From NCBI GenBank assembly GCA_016432425.1, contig CP066688.1:514619-578618 (forward strand): a stretch of 64,000 nucleotides of DNA, given 5' to 3'. The notes below the pieces were generated by a model. It was not told the DNA's origin, ran no database searches, and saw nothing but the letters and a program-made list of their open reading frames with translations. This document shows, piece by piece, positions 10,701 to 17,468 of the stretch; the first letter of the stretch is position 1, and each line of letters opens with the position of its first letter. The DNA comes from Candidatus Daviesbacteria bacterium. GTDB taxonomy: Bacteria; Patescibacteriota; Microgenomatia; Daviesbacterales; UBA10151. The translations under genes were made by a program, and so were the position numbers.

Positions 10701-12210
10701 AAAGGGATTGGAAGCGGCTCCCGGTGGTGCCAATGGAACCGGTTTTGGTTAAATAGGGGTAGATGTCACCGCCGGCTGTTACCCAAACAGAACCGTCACC
10801 GATGGCTGATGAGGCCCCGTAAGGCCTAACCTGGGCAAAACCGGAAGCCCCCACTTCTGTCACTGACACATCATCTAAATAAACTACTCCCGAAGATAAA
10901 TTCGGGAACTCTATAACCGGGAACCAGTTTTCCCCTTGGCCCGGGCCGGGGGAGTTCATATCAAACTCCAGGAGCTGCCAGCCATTTTGCAGGTTAGTCA
11001 AATCTGAGCTGGTTAACTGTTTAGTAGTAGTGCCGGTTCGTTGCTTAGACACCGGGTCCCAGAAGCTAATCTGGAGATCAAAGGCGCTACTTTGATATGC
11101 TTTGAGGTAGAAAGCTAGATGATATGGACGAGATTCCCCGGTGACAGTATCCGGGTTTAAGATGCCTAAGTTGGAGGTGCCTCCCACAAACTTTAAGCTG
11201 TTATAGCCGGAGCGGGCCAGTTCATTGGTCAGAAATGTATTGGCAGAGGTGGAATTTCCTAAATAAATCCAGCGGTTAGGCAGACCGTTGTTGTTAGCTT
11301 CAAAAGAAGAGTTGGGCAAGAGGTTGGGGGAGGAGGTATCCGAAAGATTTGAGCTTAGAGCTTGGAGGCTAACTTGAGCATTCTTTTTGTCATCCTGATC
11401 CGCCAGCTGGCGGAGAAGAATTTCTTCTTCAGCCTCAACTAATCTTCGGCTGATCTCATTGATCCTGTCAGTTTGCACATTAACTACCTGGGCTACATCC
11501 GGAAAGCCTAAATCTTGGGCAGTTTGGGGGGAAGTGACCTGGATAGCCTTTTGGGAAAGAAAATTAAAGGGAGAGAGAATTTTACTTCCCACAGCTTGTA
11601 ACAGACCCAGGGTATCACTGGCTGCTCCCAGCACTTCACCCTTTTGGGCAGTACTGGCAGAGGCTGCAGACGCCAGGGCAATCTTTTTAGTAGTTTCAGG
11701 AAACTTTAAATAACCAACAGTTAAAACGGCAGTCAGGATAAAAGTGATGGCCCCGGCAGTAAGGATTGATTTAGCGATCCAAGAGGGCACTGTTGCGGGA
11801 GTTTCAGGTTGGCTTAAATTTTGCGCCAGAGACTCCAGTAAAAGCTGGTTTTGTTGTTGGGGGTTAAATGAGAGAGGGGTTAATCGTTTGACATCTTTGA
11901 CACTGTAAGACCGCTCACCGGTAGAGGACCTTTGGGCAGGGAACTTACCTTCTTTATCCCAGCGCCTTAAGGTTTTAATGGACACCCCTAATTTATCAGC
12001 TGCTTGTGAAATAGGGATTTGAGTCCTGCCTTTGGCGGGATGCTTGTGAAATTTGAGGAGGTTTGGTAGGTAAAACAGCCTGGTCCCGCCCGGAGTTTTG
12101 ATGGAGGAAATCTTGCCGGCTTTTTCCCAGCGGCGGAGGGTGTCAATGGAGACTCCTAAAACCTTGGCAGCTTGACCAATTTTGATGTAGTTGTCAGACG
12201 GATTTTGCAT
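1717..12210 (-). CDS. Giant 3497-aa membrane-anchored fibre/adhesin-like protein: 2x MerR/excisionase-type HTH, TM helix, CBM-like domain, T/G/A/S-rich beta-repeats, Gly-rich domain, intramolecular-chaperone (peptidase G2-like) domain, coiled coil
   Basis: IGQAAKVLGVSIDTLRRWEKAGKI and ISQAADKLGVSIKTLRRWDKEGKF; TM ILTAGAITFILTAVLTVGYL; NLLPNSSFE...YLDDVSV; GADLAEVY...LAGRVPTKVSSENGPIEVGDYLTSS; three internally duplicated blocks. Confidence 0.85.
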   Translation of the reverse strand: MQNPSDNYIKIGQAAKVLGVSIDTLRRWEKAGKISSIKTPGGTRLFYLPNLLKFHKHPAKGRTQIPISQAADKLGVSIKTLRRWDKEGKFPAQRSSTGERSYSVKDVKRLTPLSFNPQQQNQLLLESLAQNLSQPETPATVPSWIAKSILTAGAITFILTAVLTVGYLKFPETTKKIALASAASASTAQKGEVLGAASDTLGLLQAVGSKILSPFNFLSQKAIQVTSPQTAQDLGFPDVAQVVNVQTDRINEISRRLVEAEEEILLRQLADQDDKKNAQVSLQALSSNLSDTSSPNLLPNSSFEANNNGLPNRWIYLGNSTSANTFLTNELARSGYNSLKFVGGTSNLGILNPDTVTGESRPYHLAFYLKAYQSSAFDLQISFWDPVSKQRTGTTTKQLTSSDLTNLQNGWQLLEFDMNSPGPGQGENWFPVIEFPNLSSGVVYLDDVSVTEVGASGFAQVRPYGASSAIGDGSVWVTAGGDIYPYLTKTGSIGTTGSRFQSLYLSNSSIDKEGNANFAGKMTISDAATFNGTVNLSGSVGTNLNPLSDSFYNLGSSSTRWNKLWGKDGDFSGSVTIAQSLTVQGTTLSTGGDLSTTGNLTVDSNTTLGNATSDTLTISGTTTINLPDNTSPALDIQQGTDNYINISTSDTTTSVTIDLPVAGSSTTTGNLFTANTTKTINLGTGTAADTINIGTGITTADTIAIGTGAVANSITIGTTTASSSLALNDDNWNITGAGAANFVSLGATTAGTGAFTTLTSSGNTTLGTGASGAHTYSTGAGSTTTLGNSTGALTLASGGTSAWTNTSGNLTISTATSGDLSLNSAGTLYLGIGGSNELTLTATALSPSTSDGNALGTTALMWSDLFLASGGVVNFNNGDVTLTHSTDTLAFAGASSGYSFDADTTITGDLAVNGATSADITTTTTTATIFNATATTLSLGGAATTLLDLGNGSGNYTAINLGSGSGTHTINMAGTGATGADTINIGTGGTGADTITIGNNASTSSLALTSGTGSQTFTSNVATGATTTSGFVFDATAITSGTGLYLTTDAVTTGRLLDIATTGNTWTGNGTTNGLVNLASSSTAGTGSSSSILLNLARSGANANATHTAYGLYSAVTNTGTTSTNIGGYFTASGATTNWAAQFGGNIQMSTGSDILAQGAGTDVGSSGTRFATGWFDTVDATNLAGTVTGGSTTSSSWTINSDNNTLDTEDASLAFERGDTTPNAVILWDSTNDELDFNSSINLTGTTSLTTQPLLVLATSAAHTTGDIFDLTATYTPTAGGTQSAMDINITNSPSTNANTLRVFDIGLTDAGSLANTVYGLYVDVSTANASDTTYAATFLNGNVGIGDSSPTEGNLVIAGSADGTDALYITAGDILVNDGDLDLSGGDFNVTLDGGDTANISKTGANAGDVANIAGTSVNAINGLTIAVTSTADTGADANTGLNITWTESTDADTFTAVNIGNTTTTNSATTALSIGTGWDSDINATTSLEIGIGGTNELTLDATSLSPSTSDGNALGTTALMWSDLFLASGGVINFNNGDVTLTHSTDTLTLGGATTLTATDVTAFNCTDCIDFDDLDNTLDIDETTTINTTATTTNPLSYLADSISTGTALIISADALSTGTAVDVSSTSTAGGASGTSKLLNLARSGANAQLAHTAYGIYSAVTNTNATSGTNVAGYFSASGATTANYGLIVENGNVGIGDATPSAPLEIGNGTDSIQFSSVGDITFVDADGAATITGPAGGALTVAAGAAQALTLTANNASTWSTSNGLLTITGDDGVTINATSNAGITGNIPDNLADALDIQQGTDNYLNISTSDTTTSVTLDLPVAGSSTTTGNLFTANTTKTINLGTGTAGDTINIGTGATNADAITLGNTGVATTFDINSGAATVNAIDITTDSISSGTALTLSVDALTTGKGLDITSTSNAIDSGVLLNVAQSATAATDTTLSADTANISFSPTYSTAVTTPAISGQVLDISRSVTTNSLFASTLTVSGALVSISDTSTQTTGTLTHTGNVLVVDQNYSTSSGDVLHVENAGTGDAIEIAGAGTRSINSTSGDLSISTTTSGTLTLNASGGDAAGEDLIITAQNVQLTATGAMTFSPDAAVTTAITITDTDYTNSLNIGDNNIIGTTANIDLTYFDVAGATGAVTIDPQTTGTYLDFTLETAWTSGTLVNADFGGATTQGAATITGMSLNLNTNLTTPAAGQNITGYDLQLPVASTTSNDTVYTGFNLGTTGAITNATAGSFAWRGANIQLPNITQSAGGTITASGVLVSNGTITTGGTENMLSASMTAVGAGTLNGLLITPPATTTAGGTINAIKIDNITTSNGTDTALTIGTTWDTDINFADSTPILSFANAGTLTFNDGTNAMLALKDQGTYSFVNVSAGKTDTGDPASCSVGDIYFNDFDNAYKGCTDTNTWASFGGGGTTWNTIGDPTGNGAIAMAETVQTLDWNTAATAAAFDGLTITFTNDATTDASTQRAFVIANLNDSLTTGTLETMQHIDNRDINETVTNGLLIEQTGAGTLTNAIQIAETAGTITDGILITGTLGNILNSGSIDISGAGAITGATGITSSGTINFSGLTASQAVFTDASKNLVSNAITGTGNVVMSASPTLTGTITAAALTASGTITANGTLTANGVVNLGDNGDNVVINSNTWDVTGAGVASGLTGITSSGTITFSGLVSCNTIDTNSSGVLACGTDAGASVQTFTANGTYTKPSGAILVVVQAIGAGGGGGGGAGAAAGTRRNGGGGGGGGHFERGIFNAASVGSTETVSIGTAGTAGTAGSSSNGGTGGNGGDTTFGSSWFTALGGKGGTGGSQGGDCCIGNGTPGGGGGGTNDGGATSGASVTGSAGASGGSGGPGGGGSADFGGGGGGGGGGAGGDGVAGGSSRWGGAGGGGGGGLNSSNTETAGGAGGSGNSYSSGGGGTAGTTNGGAGGAGSAGTLRGGSGGGGGGAQDSGTGGAGGASGVPGGGGGGGGGGTNTGGSGAAGGRGEMIVWTVTGGTGADLAEVYYSLDMSLEAADVVVADPDLPGIGFKKSDKAYDGKVLGIMTTKPGLVLGDEEAPDLQGKTAKPVMLALAGRVPTKVSSENGPIEVGDYLTSSSTPGVAMKATRPGPTVGKALEAFSCNTSGVGSDSPEVNCQGKIMTFVNVSWADPGDFLSSLSVDDQGNLIMPSVKADKLVLNYNFNVTPPAQDSVLAYESATSINGGISFGIDVARSLQNLEAKVATQSGALADLQTTIATQSATTKSLADQIASLSAQLAKNTPEVKKCDYTSGVECLDLTPPDTLLATGSATLANLKVTSEATFSGKLTAYDAEIQNSFKSLGHTTLGNTLVAGDFTVDGTLAITGNSINSYWSDETNLTNLTNGILYIQNSPLASLVDIFNGKVTINKEGILTAQTVSAKEYQAVAGASVGTGKIPAGTKSVDIATPLIKLNSRVLVTATNLTDQSLSVLSKTANQSFTVSVPLTTASDINFDWFIINESQ
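2344..2383. repeat. Inverted repeat CACCCCCGAGGTG...CACCTCGGGGGTG (REP-like, in frame in the giant gene)
   Basis: Perfect 13-bp arms; related copies at 2761..2794 and 31613..31658. Confidence 0.75.
2761..2794. repeat. Inverted repeat CACCTCGGGGG...CCCCCGAGGTG (REP-like, in frame)
   Basis: Perfect 11-bp arms, same family as 2344..2383. Confidence 0.75.
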
Positions 12211-12615
12211 TTAAGCTTGCATACATCTACTCTGCCTAGATTTGGGTATGCATCCAAATTCCGTCTGTAGATTCAGCATATCCATATATAATAAGATTTG
12301 TCAAGCCTTTAATTGTATAAGTATGGGATATGAAAAATATTTCCACAAAATCTTTTGTTTAAGCTAAATGATGCCTATGCCTGGTGGTTACTATAAGATT
12401 GAAAATTTGTTATTGATAATGTGCATCAATCTACAATCAACTGTATCAATTTTTTTAACGCACAGGCAAGAATTAGGGTTAAGGGATTAGTAGTAACTAT
12501 TACGGGAAGGTCAAATATCTCTCAGAATATATCAAAAGATGTCCACTAAGTAGTTAATTTATATATGTGAAAAAACGTGTGAAAATGTAACATCATTCTG
12601 AGTATTCTTAATTCT

Positions 12616-12649
12616 TTCAATTCGGTCAACGATCGTTGAATGAATTGAA
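12616..12649. promoter_or_regulatory. 34-bp 13-8-13 palindrome, ACGATCGT core (solo copy)
   Basis: TTCAATTCGGTCA ACGATCGT TGAATGAATTGAA; 11/13 arm symmetry; shares TTCATTCAACGATCGT with the site at 21779. Confidence 0.7.
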
Positions 12650-12713
12650 TGTATGATCACATTGGCAGATTTGCAATTTGAGATCTCAGGTTTGAGATGT
12701 TACAATCAAGCTT

Positions 12714-12763
12714 ATAAGGGGAACCCTCTAATTACATTATGAAGGGGACCTTCTAATTACATT
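12714..12763 (+). repeat. Two tandem 25-bp MKGTF-stop elements before leuS
   Basis: ATAAGGGGAACCCTCTAATTACATT + ATGAAGGGGACCTTCTAATTACATT, then the leuS ATG. Confidence 0.75.
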
Positions 12764-15331
12764 ATGAAAAAATATATTCCCCATGACATTGAACCTAAAT
12801 GGCAGCAAAAGTGGCAGAAGGATGCTCTCTACAGCGTTGACTTGGATAAATCTAAAAACCCCTATTATTTGTTAGTGGAATTTACTTATCCTTCCGGGGA
12901 TTTGCATATTGGTCATTGGTTTGCCTTTGCTGTGCCTGATATTTTAGGCAGGATGAAGAGAATGCAGGGGTTTACAGTGTTTTACCCTAATGGCTTTGAT
13001 GCTTTTGGGTTGCCCGCAGAAAATGCTGCCATCCAACGGGGTATTCATCCCAGAGATTGGACTTTGTCAAATATAGAAAATATGAAAAAGCAATTTTCCT
13101 TAATGGGGACCATTCATGATTGGGGAAATAGCGTCATTACTTGTCTATCAAACTATTACAAATGGAATCAATGGATTTTCTTAAAGATGTTGGAGAAAGG
13201 TTTGGCTTACAAAGGTAAAACTTTATCTAACTGGTGCCAGCATTGTCAAACTGTTTTGGCCAATGAAAATGTAGAAGCTGGTAATTGTTGGAGATGTCAT
13301 AATCCGGTAGTGCAAAAAGAGGTAGAACAATGGTTTTTAAAGATTACAGATTATGTCCAGAGGCTCCTTTGGGGCGAAGGTGGTAATGGGGTAGATTGGC
13401 CAAAAGCTCTGATGGAGGGGCAGAATAATTGGATTGGCAAAAGTCAGGGACAAGTGATTAAATTTGATGGCATTGAAGTGTTTACGACCCGTCAGGACAC
13501 GATTTTTGGGGCTACCTTTATCGTTATCAGTCCAGAACATCCACTGCTAAGTAAATTTGTTACATTTGAAAATAAAGAAAATGTCCAAAAATATTTAAAA
13601 TCCGTCCAGAAAAAGTCGGAACTGGAAAGAAAAGAAGAAAAAGTCAAATCTGGCGTTTTTACAGGTTCATTTGTGAGTAATCCCTTGACTGGTGAGCAGA
13701 TTCCGATTTGGATTGCTGATTATGTTTTGATGGGATATGGAACAGGGGCAATAATGGGAGTACCGGCCCATGACGCGCGGGACTTTGAATTTGCCAAAAA
13801 GTACGATTTACCTATAAAAACTGTTATCCAACCAGCGGGTCATACCGACTCACCGTCACCCGCTAATCAGGTACCAGATCAAGCCTACGTTTTGACGAAG
13901 TCAAAAGGCAAGGTTCTGCCAAAGGCAGGTTCTTATGATTTGACGAAGTCAAAAGGCAAGGTTCTGCCAAAGGCAGGTTCTTATGAAGGGGAGGGAGTTA
14001 TGGTAAACAGTGGTGAATATGATGGTATGAGTAGTAATGAAGCTCGGGAAAAGATATCAAACTATCTTGAAGAACATCATTTAGGTCAGAGAAAAGTTAA
14101 TTACCACCTCCATGACTGGTCCATCTCCCGTCAAAGGTACTGGGGTACCCCCATCCCCATTATCTACTGTGAAAAATGCGGCAGCGTACCGGTACCGGAA
14201 AAAGATCTGCCGGTGGAACTACCTTACGAAGTAGATTATCATCCTACCGGTAAACCGCCTTTGGCCACTAATGAGGCTTGGCTTAATGTGAAATGCCCTC
14301 GCTGTCTTGGTTCAGCCAAGAGGGACACTGAAACCATGGATACTTTTGTAGATTCATCCTGGTATTTCTTGCGTTATTTAGATAATAAAAATGACCAGGA
14401 AATTGTTAGTTCAAAACGACTCCGAACTTGGATGCCGATAGACATATATTTTGGCGGGGCAGAGCACACGCTGGGGCATACCTTATATTCCCGGTTTTTT
14501 GTGAAATTCCTAAAAGACATTGGAGTAGTGGATTTTGAGGAATATGCCAAAAAGAGAGTTAACCATGGAGTGATTTTGGGCTCGGATGGCTCCCGGATGA
14601 GTAAATCCCGGGGTAATGTGGTTAACCCAGATGAGCAGGTTCGCCAGTTCGGAGCAGATGCAGTCAGGTTATATTTAGCTTTTATCGGTCCTTATGATAT
14701 CGTTTCTCCTTGGAATCCATCAGCTATTAATGGTGTTTACCATTTTTTGCAAAGAGTTTGGTCGCTTTACGACAAAATAGCCTCGATCGGCAACAAGTTG
14801 TCGTCAGAAGACTTACGAATAATGCACAAAACTATCAAAAAAGTGACAGAAGACCTGGAGGATATTAAGTTTAATACGGCTGTGGCAGTTTTGATGGAGT
14901 GGTTAAACTACTTAAGTCGTAAGGAAAACGTGACCAGGGAAGAGTATAAAACTTATCTACTGCTCTTGGCCCCCTTTGCCCCTCATATTACGGAAGAACT
15001 ATGGTCCTTCGACAAAGTTTACACTGAGCGAACCTGTGGTGAGTGTAGTCGAACCAGTCGAAGTGCTCAGGATCAACAAATCTGGTCTATCCATCAGCAG
15101 TCTTGGCCTATCTTTGATAAACAATATTTAGAGGAAGCAGAAGTGGCTGTGATTGTCCAGGTCAATGGGCGGCTGCGGGATATTTTGATGATACAAAAAG
15201 ATATATTAAATGATAAAGAAGCTGTAGAAAAATTAGCTCGGGCAAGCCAAAAGGTGGCTAAATACTTAGATGGGCAAACTGTTAAAAAGGTGATTCACGT
15301 CTCCGGGAAACTAATCAATTTTGTTGTTTAG
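12764..15331 (+). CDS. leuS: Leucine--tRNA ligase
   Basis: FTYPSGDLHIGH, DWSISRQRYWGTPIP, TMDTFVDSSWY, RMSKSRGN; carries two repeat-derived in-frame inserts. Confidence 0.97.
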   Translation: MKKYIPHDIEPKWQQKWQKDALYSVDLDKSKNPYYLLVEFTYPSGDLHIGHWFAFAVPDILGRMKRMQGFTVFYPNGFDAFGLPAENAAIQRGIHPRDWTLSNIENMKKQFSLMGTIHDWGNSVITCLSNYYKWNQWIFLKMLEKGLAYKGKTLSNWCQHCQTVLANENVEAGNCWRCHNPVVQKEVEQWFLKITDYVQRLLWGEGGNGVDWPKALMEGQNNWIGKSQGQVIKFDGIEVFTTRQDTIFGATFIVISPEHPLLSKFVTFENKENVQKYLKSVQKKSELERKEEKVKSGVFTGSFVSNPLTGEQIPIWIADYVLMGYGTGAIMGVPAHDARDFEFAKKYDLPIKTVIQPAGHTDSPSPANQVPDQAYVLTKSKGKVLPKAGSYDLTKSKGKVLPKAGSYEGEGVMVNSGEYDGMSSNEAREKISNYLEEHHLGQRKVNYHLHDWSISRQRYWGTPIPIIYCEKCGSVPVPEKDLPVELPYEVDYHPTGKPPLATNEAWLNVKCPRCLGSAKRDTETMDTFVDSSWYFLRYLDNKNDQEIVSSKRLRTWMPIDIYFGGAEHTLGHTLYSRFFVKFLKDIGVVDFEEYAKKRVNHGVILGSDGSRMSKSRGNVVNPDEQVRQFGADAVRLYLAFIGPYDIVSPWNPSAINGVYHFLQRVWSLYDKIASIGNKLSSEDLRIMHKTIKKVTEDLEDIKFNTAVAVLMEWLNYLSRKENVTREEYKTYLLLLAPFAPHITEELWSFDKVYTERTCGECSRTSRSAQDQQIWSIHQQSWPIFDKQYLEEAEVAVIVQVNGRLRDILMIQKDILNDKEAVEKLARASQKVAKYLDGQTVKKVIHVSGKLINFVV
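13891..13986 (+). repeat. Exact 48-bp tandem duplication inside leuS
   Basis: TTTGACGAAGTCAAAAGGCAAGGTTCTGCCAAAGGCAGGTTCTTATGA x2 (LTKSKGKVLPKAGSY x2). Confidence 0.9.
15006..15075 (+). mobile_element. 70-bp nested REP-like element, in frame in leuS
   Basis: Exact reverse complement of 26865..26934; encodes SFDKVYTERTCGECSRTSRSAQDQ, which does not look like LeuRS sequence. Confidence 0.8.
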
Positions 15332-15367
15332 CATGTTATACGTGTTATAATAGTGTAAGAAATCCCT

Positions 15368-15784
15368 ATGCAAACTGTGAGAGACAATAAATGGCTGCTC
15401 TATCGTCTCAACGAGATTTGGGACCGTTACTTCCCGGAGATTAAAGAATCTAATCCGGTGGTAATTAAATTTGGCCGTTATTCTAAATATCGGCTCGGCT
15501 CAATTAGGCTGGATAGAAAAGTCAATTTAAGCCTGATTACTATTACCGGTATGTTTAAAAACCTGCAAATACCCCAGGCAGTGGTTGATCACACCATTGC
15601 CCATGAGTTGGTGCATTATACCCACGGTTTTTCTTCGCAGCGGCAAAGGTTGCTGCGTTATCCCCATGCCGGTGGAGTAGTCAAACGAGAGATGGAAGAG
15701 CGGGGTTTGGGGCATTTGTACCAGGCTTACCGTGATTGGATAAAAGAGTACCAAAAACTGTTGCGGACTGCCCAAAATGGATAA
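15368..15784 (+). CDS. SprT-like zinc metalloprotease domain protein
   Basis: TIAHELVH (HExxH) followed by a distal YPH motif. Confidence 0.65.
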   Translation: MQTVRDNKWLLYRLNEIWDRYFPEIKESNPVVIKFGRYSKYRLGSIRLDRKVNLSLITITGMFKNLQIPQAVVDHTIAHELVHYTHGFSSQRQRLLRYPHAGGVVKREMEERGLGHLYQAYRDWIKEYQKLLRTAQNG

Positions 15785-16364
15785 TTTAGTCCCCACCCTT
15801 GAGCGTTATAAACTGCCTGTGGCTTTAAGTTTAGTGGGCATAGTTTTAATTTTGGGAGGAGTGTTTATCTCTAATTCTAAATCTTCCCAAAAGCAGTTTC
15901 CCCAGGAAAGTGTAGTAACCGGTAGCCTTCAGCTGGCCATTGATGTTTCCGGGGCAGTGGAAAAGCCCGGGGTGTATAAATTAGAGGCTAGTTCCAGAGT
16001 GGAAGATGCCATTAACGCTGCTGGGGGATTTACTGACCAGGCCAATATAATATTTATTTCTAAGCAGTTAAATTTAGCCAGAAAATTAACTGATGGAATG
16101 AAAATTTATGTACCCTTTGTGGGGGAGAAGGATACAGATTTGGCTGTTTCCCAAAATGTGGCCGGGGTTTCCGCCACTAGCACTGCTCCGGTTAATATTA
16201 ATGCTGCTTCCCAGAATGATTTAGAAGCTTTGCCTGGAATTGGTCCCACTACTGCCGGGAAAATTATCAGTAACAGGCCATACCAAAGCATAGAGGAACT
16301 TCTCAATAAGAAAATTGTCGGTAAGGCAGTATTTACTAAAATTAAGGATCAGATTAGTATATGA
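15777..16364 (+). CDS. comEA: Competence protein ComEA (SLBB + HhH)
   Basis: N-terminal TM, IDVSGAVEKPGVY, LNLARKLTDG, VNINAAS..LEALPGIGP. Confidence 0.92.
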   Translation: MDNLVPTLERYKLPVALSLVGIVLILGGVFISNSKSSQKQFPQESVVTGSLQLAIDVSGAVEKPGVYKLEASSRVEDAINAAGGFTDQANIIFISKQLNLARKLTDGMKIYVPFVGEKDTDLAVSQNVAGVSATSTAPVNINAASQNDLEALPGIGPTTAGKIISNRPYQSIEELLNKKIVGKAVFTKIKDQISI

Positions 16365-16413
16365 AAATTAGATTAGTATATAAAAATAGTCATTAGTTAA
16401 CCCTCAATTTAAT

Positions 16414-16447
16414 ATTCAATCTTGACACGATCGTATCAATAATGAAA
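16414..16447. promoter_or_regulatory. 34-bp palindrome, ACGATCGT core (solo copy), overlapping the comEC start
   Basis: ATTCAATCTTGAC ACGATCGT ATCAATAATGAAA; 9/13 arm symmetry. Confidence 0.55.
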
Positions 16448-17428
16448 CAATTTAAGAATCAAATACCACTAATCCTCGCTATACTACTTTATATTTTGAT
16501 ATATTTTGTGAGATGGCAGCAAGAGGGATGGGAAATTAAGTTAGACTTATTCCCAGAGTTTAGAGCGCAGCTGGATAAAAAAATTAGCTTGCTTTTACCC
16601 TCACCTCAAGCGCAACTATTATCAGGAATTGTCTTGGGGGAGAAAAAAGATTTGCCTTTTGACTTCAAATTGGCTTTAAGAGACACCTCTACCCTTCATA
16701 TGGTGGTAGTGTCAGGCCAGAATTTATCTCTGCTGGCTGTGCTGCTGCTGAAATTATCAGGGTTTTTAACCAGGAAAGTGGCTATCGTGCTGACATTTTT
16801 AGTCATTGTAGGCTATGTAATCTTAACCGGTGGGCAAATTCCGGTGATCAGGGCAGCCTTGATGGCGCTTTTGGCAGGTTTGGCCCAGCTTTTTGGCAGG
16901 CAAAATGATGGTTTTTGGGCTCTCGTTTTGGTAGCTGCTATTCTTTTGCTAATAAACCCTGCCTGGATTTCGGACCTATCTTTTCAACTATCTTTTTTGG
17001 CTACCTTTGGGGTAATAGTAGTAGCCCCTGTTTTAGCTTCATATTTAAAGAGGTGGCCGCCCTTTTTAAGGGAAAATTTATCAGTGACGGTAGGGGCGCA
17101 ACTGGCTGTTTTCCCGGTGATCGTCCAAAATTTTCACCAGCTTTCCTTGGTGAGTGTTCCGGCTAATCTGCTCACCCTGTGGACCATTCCTTATATTATG
17201 AGTTGGGGGCTAGCTATGTTGATTCTGACAGCTGTTTCTGATTTATTGGCTCGTTTTATTGCGGTGGGGTTGAACTTAATTTTGACCTATTTTATATACG
17301 TAGTGACATTTTTTGCTTCCTTGCCTTTTGCCTGGGAATATGTAGGGGAACAGGTATGGATTGTATGGGTAGGGTACTATCTGGTGATGGGAGGGATGTT
17401 ATTGGCCTTGAATAAAACCAAAGAATAA
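16442..17428 (+). CDS. comEC: ComEC/Rec2 competence channel (Competence domain only)
   Basis: LHMVVVSGQN, VIRAALM, DLSFQLSFLATFG; follows comEA. Confidence 0.9.
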   Translation: MKQFKNQIPLILAILLYILIYFVRWQQEGWEIKLDLFPEFRAQLDKKISLLLPSPQAQLLSGIVLGEKKDLPFDFKLALRDTSTLHMVVVSGQNLSLLAVLLLKLSGFLTRKVAIVLTFLVIVGYVILTGGQIPVIRAALMALLAGLAQLFGRQNDGFWALVLVAAILLLINPAWISDLSFQLSFLATFGVIVVAPVLASYLKRWPPFLRENLSVTVGAQLAVFPVIVQNFHQLSLVSVPANLLTLWTIPYIMSWGLAMLILTAVSDLLARFIAVGLNLILTYFIYVVTFFASLPFAWEYVGEQVWIVWVGYYLVMGGMLLALNKTKE

Positions 17429-17468
17429 TTTTAAATTTTAGATTTTAAAATTGTGTTATCATTAATCT

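Noticed and set aside
3195-11713. Many alternative-frame ORFs (poly-Pro, Val/Pro-rich) over the giant gene
   Set aside because: Antisense or frame shadows of Gly/Thr-rich codons
1717-12210. Prophage tail gene or IS607 transposase
   Set aside because: No other phage genes; the HTHs are not followed by a serine recombinase domain; a TM anchor and chromosomal context fit a cellular surface protein
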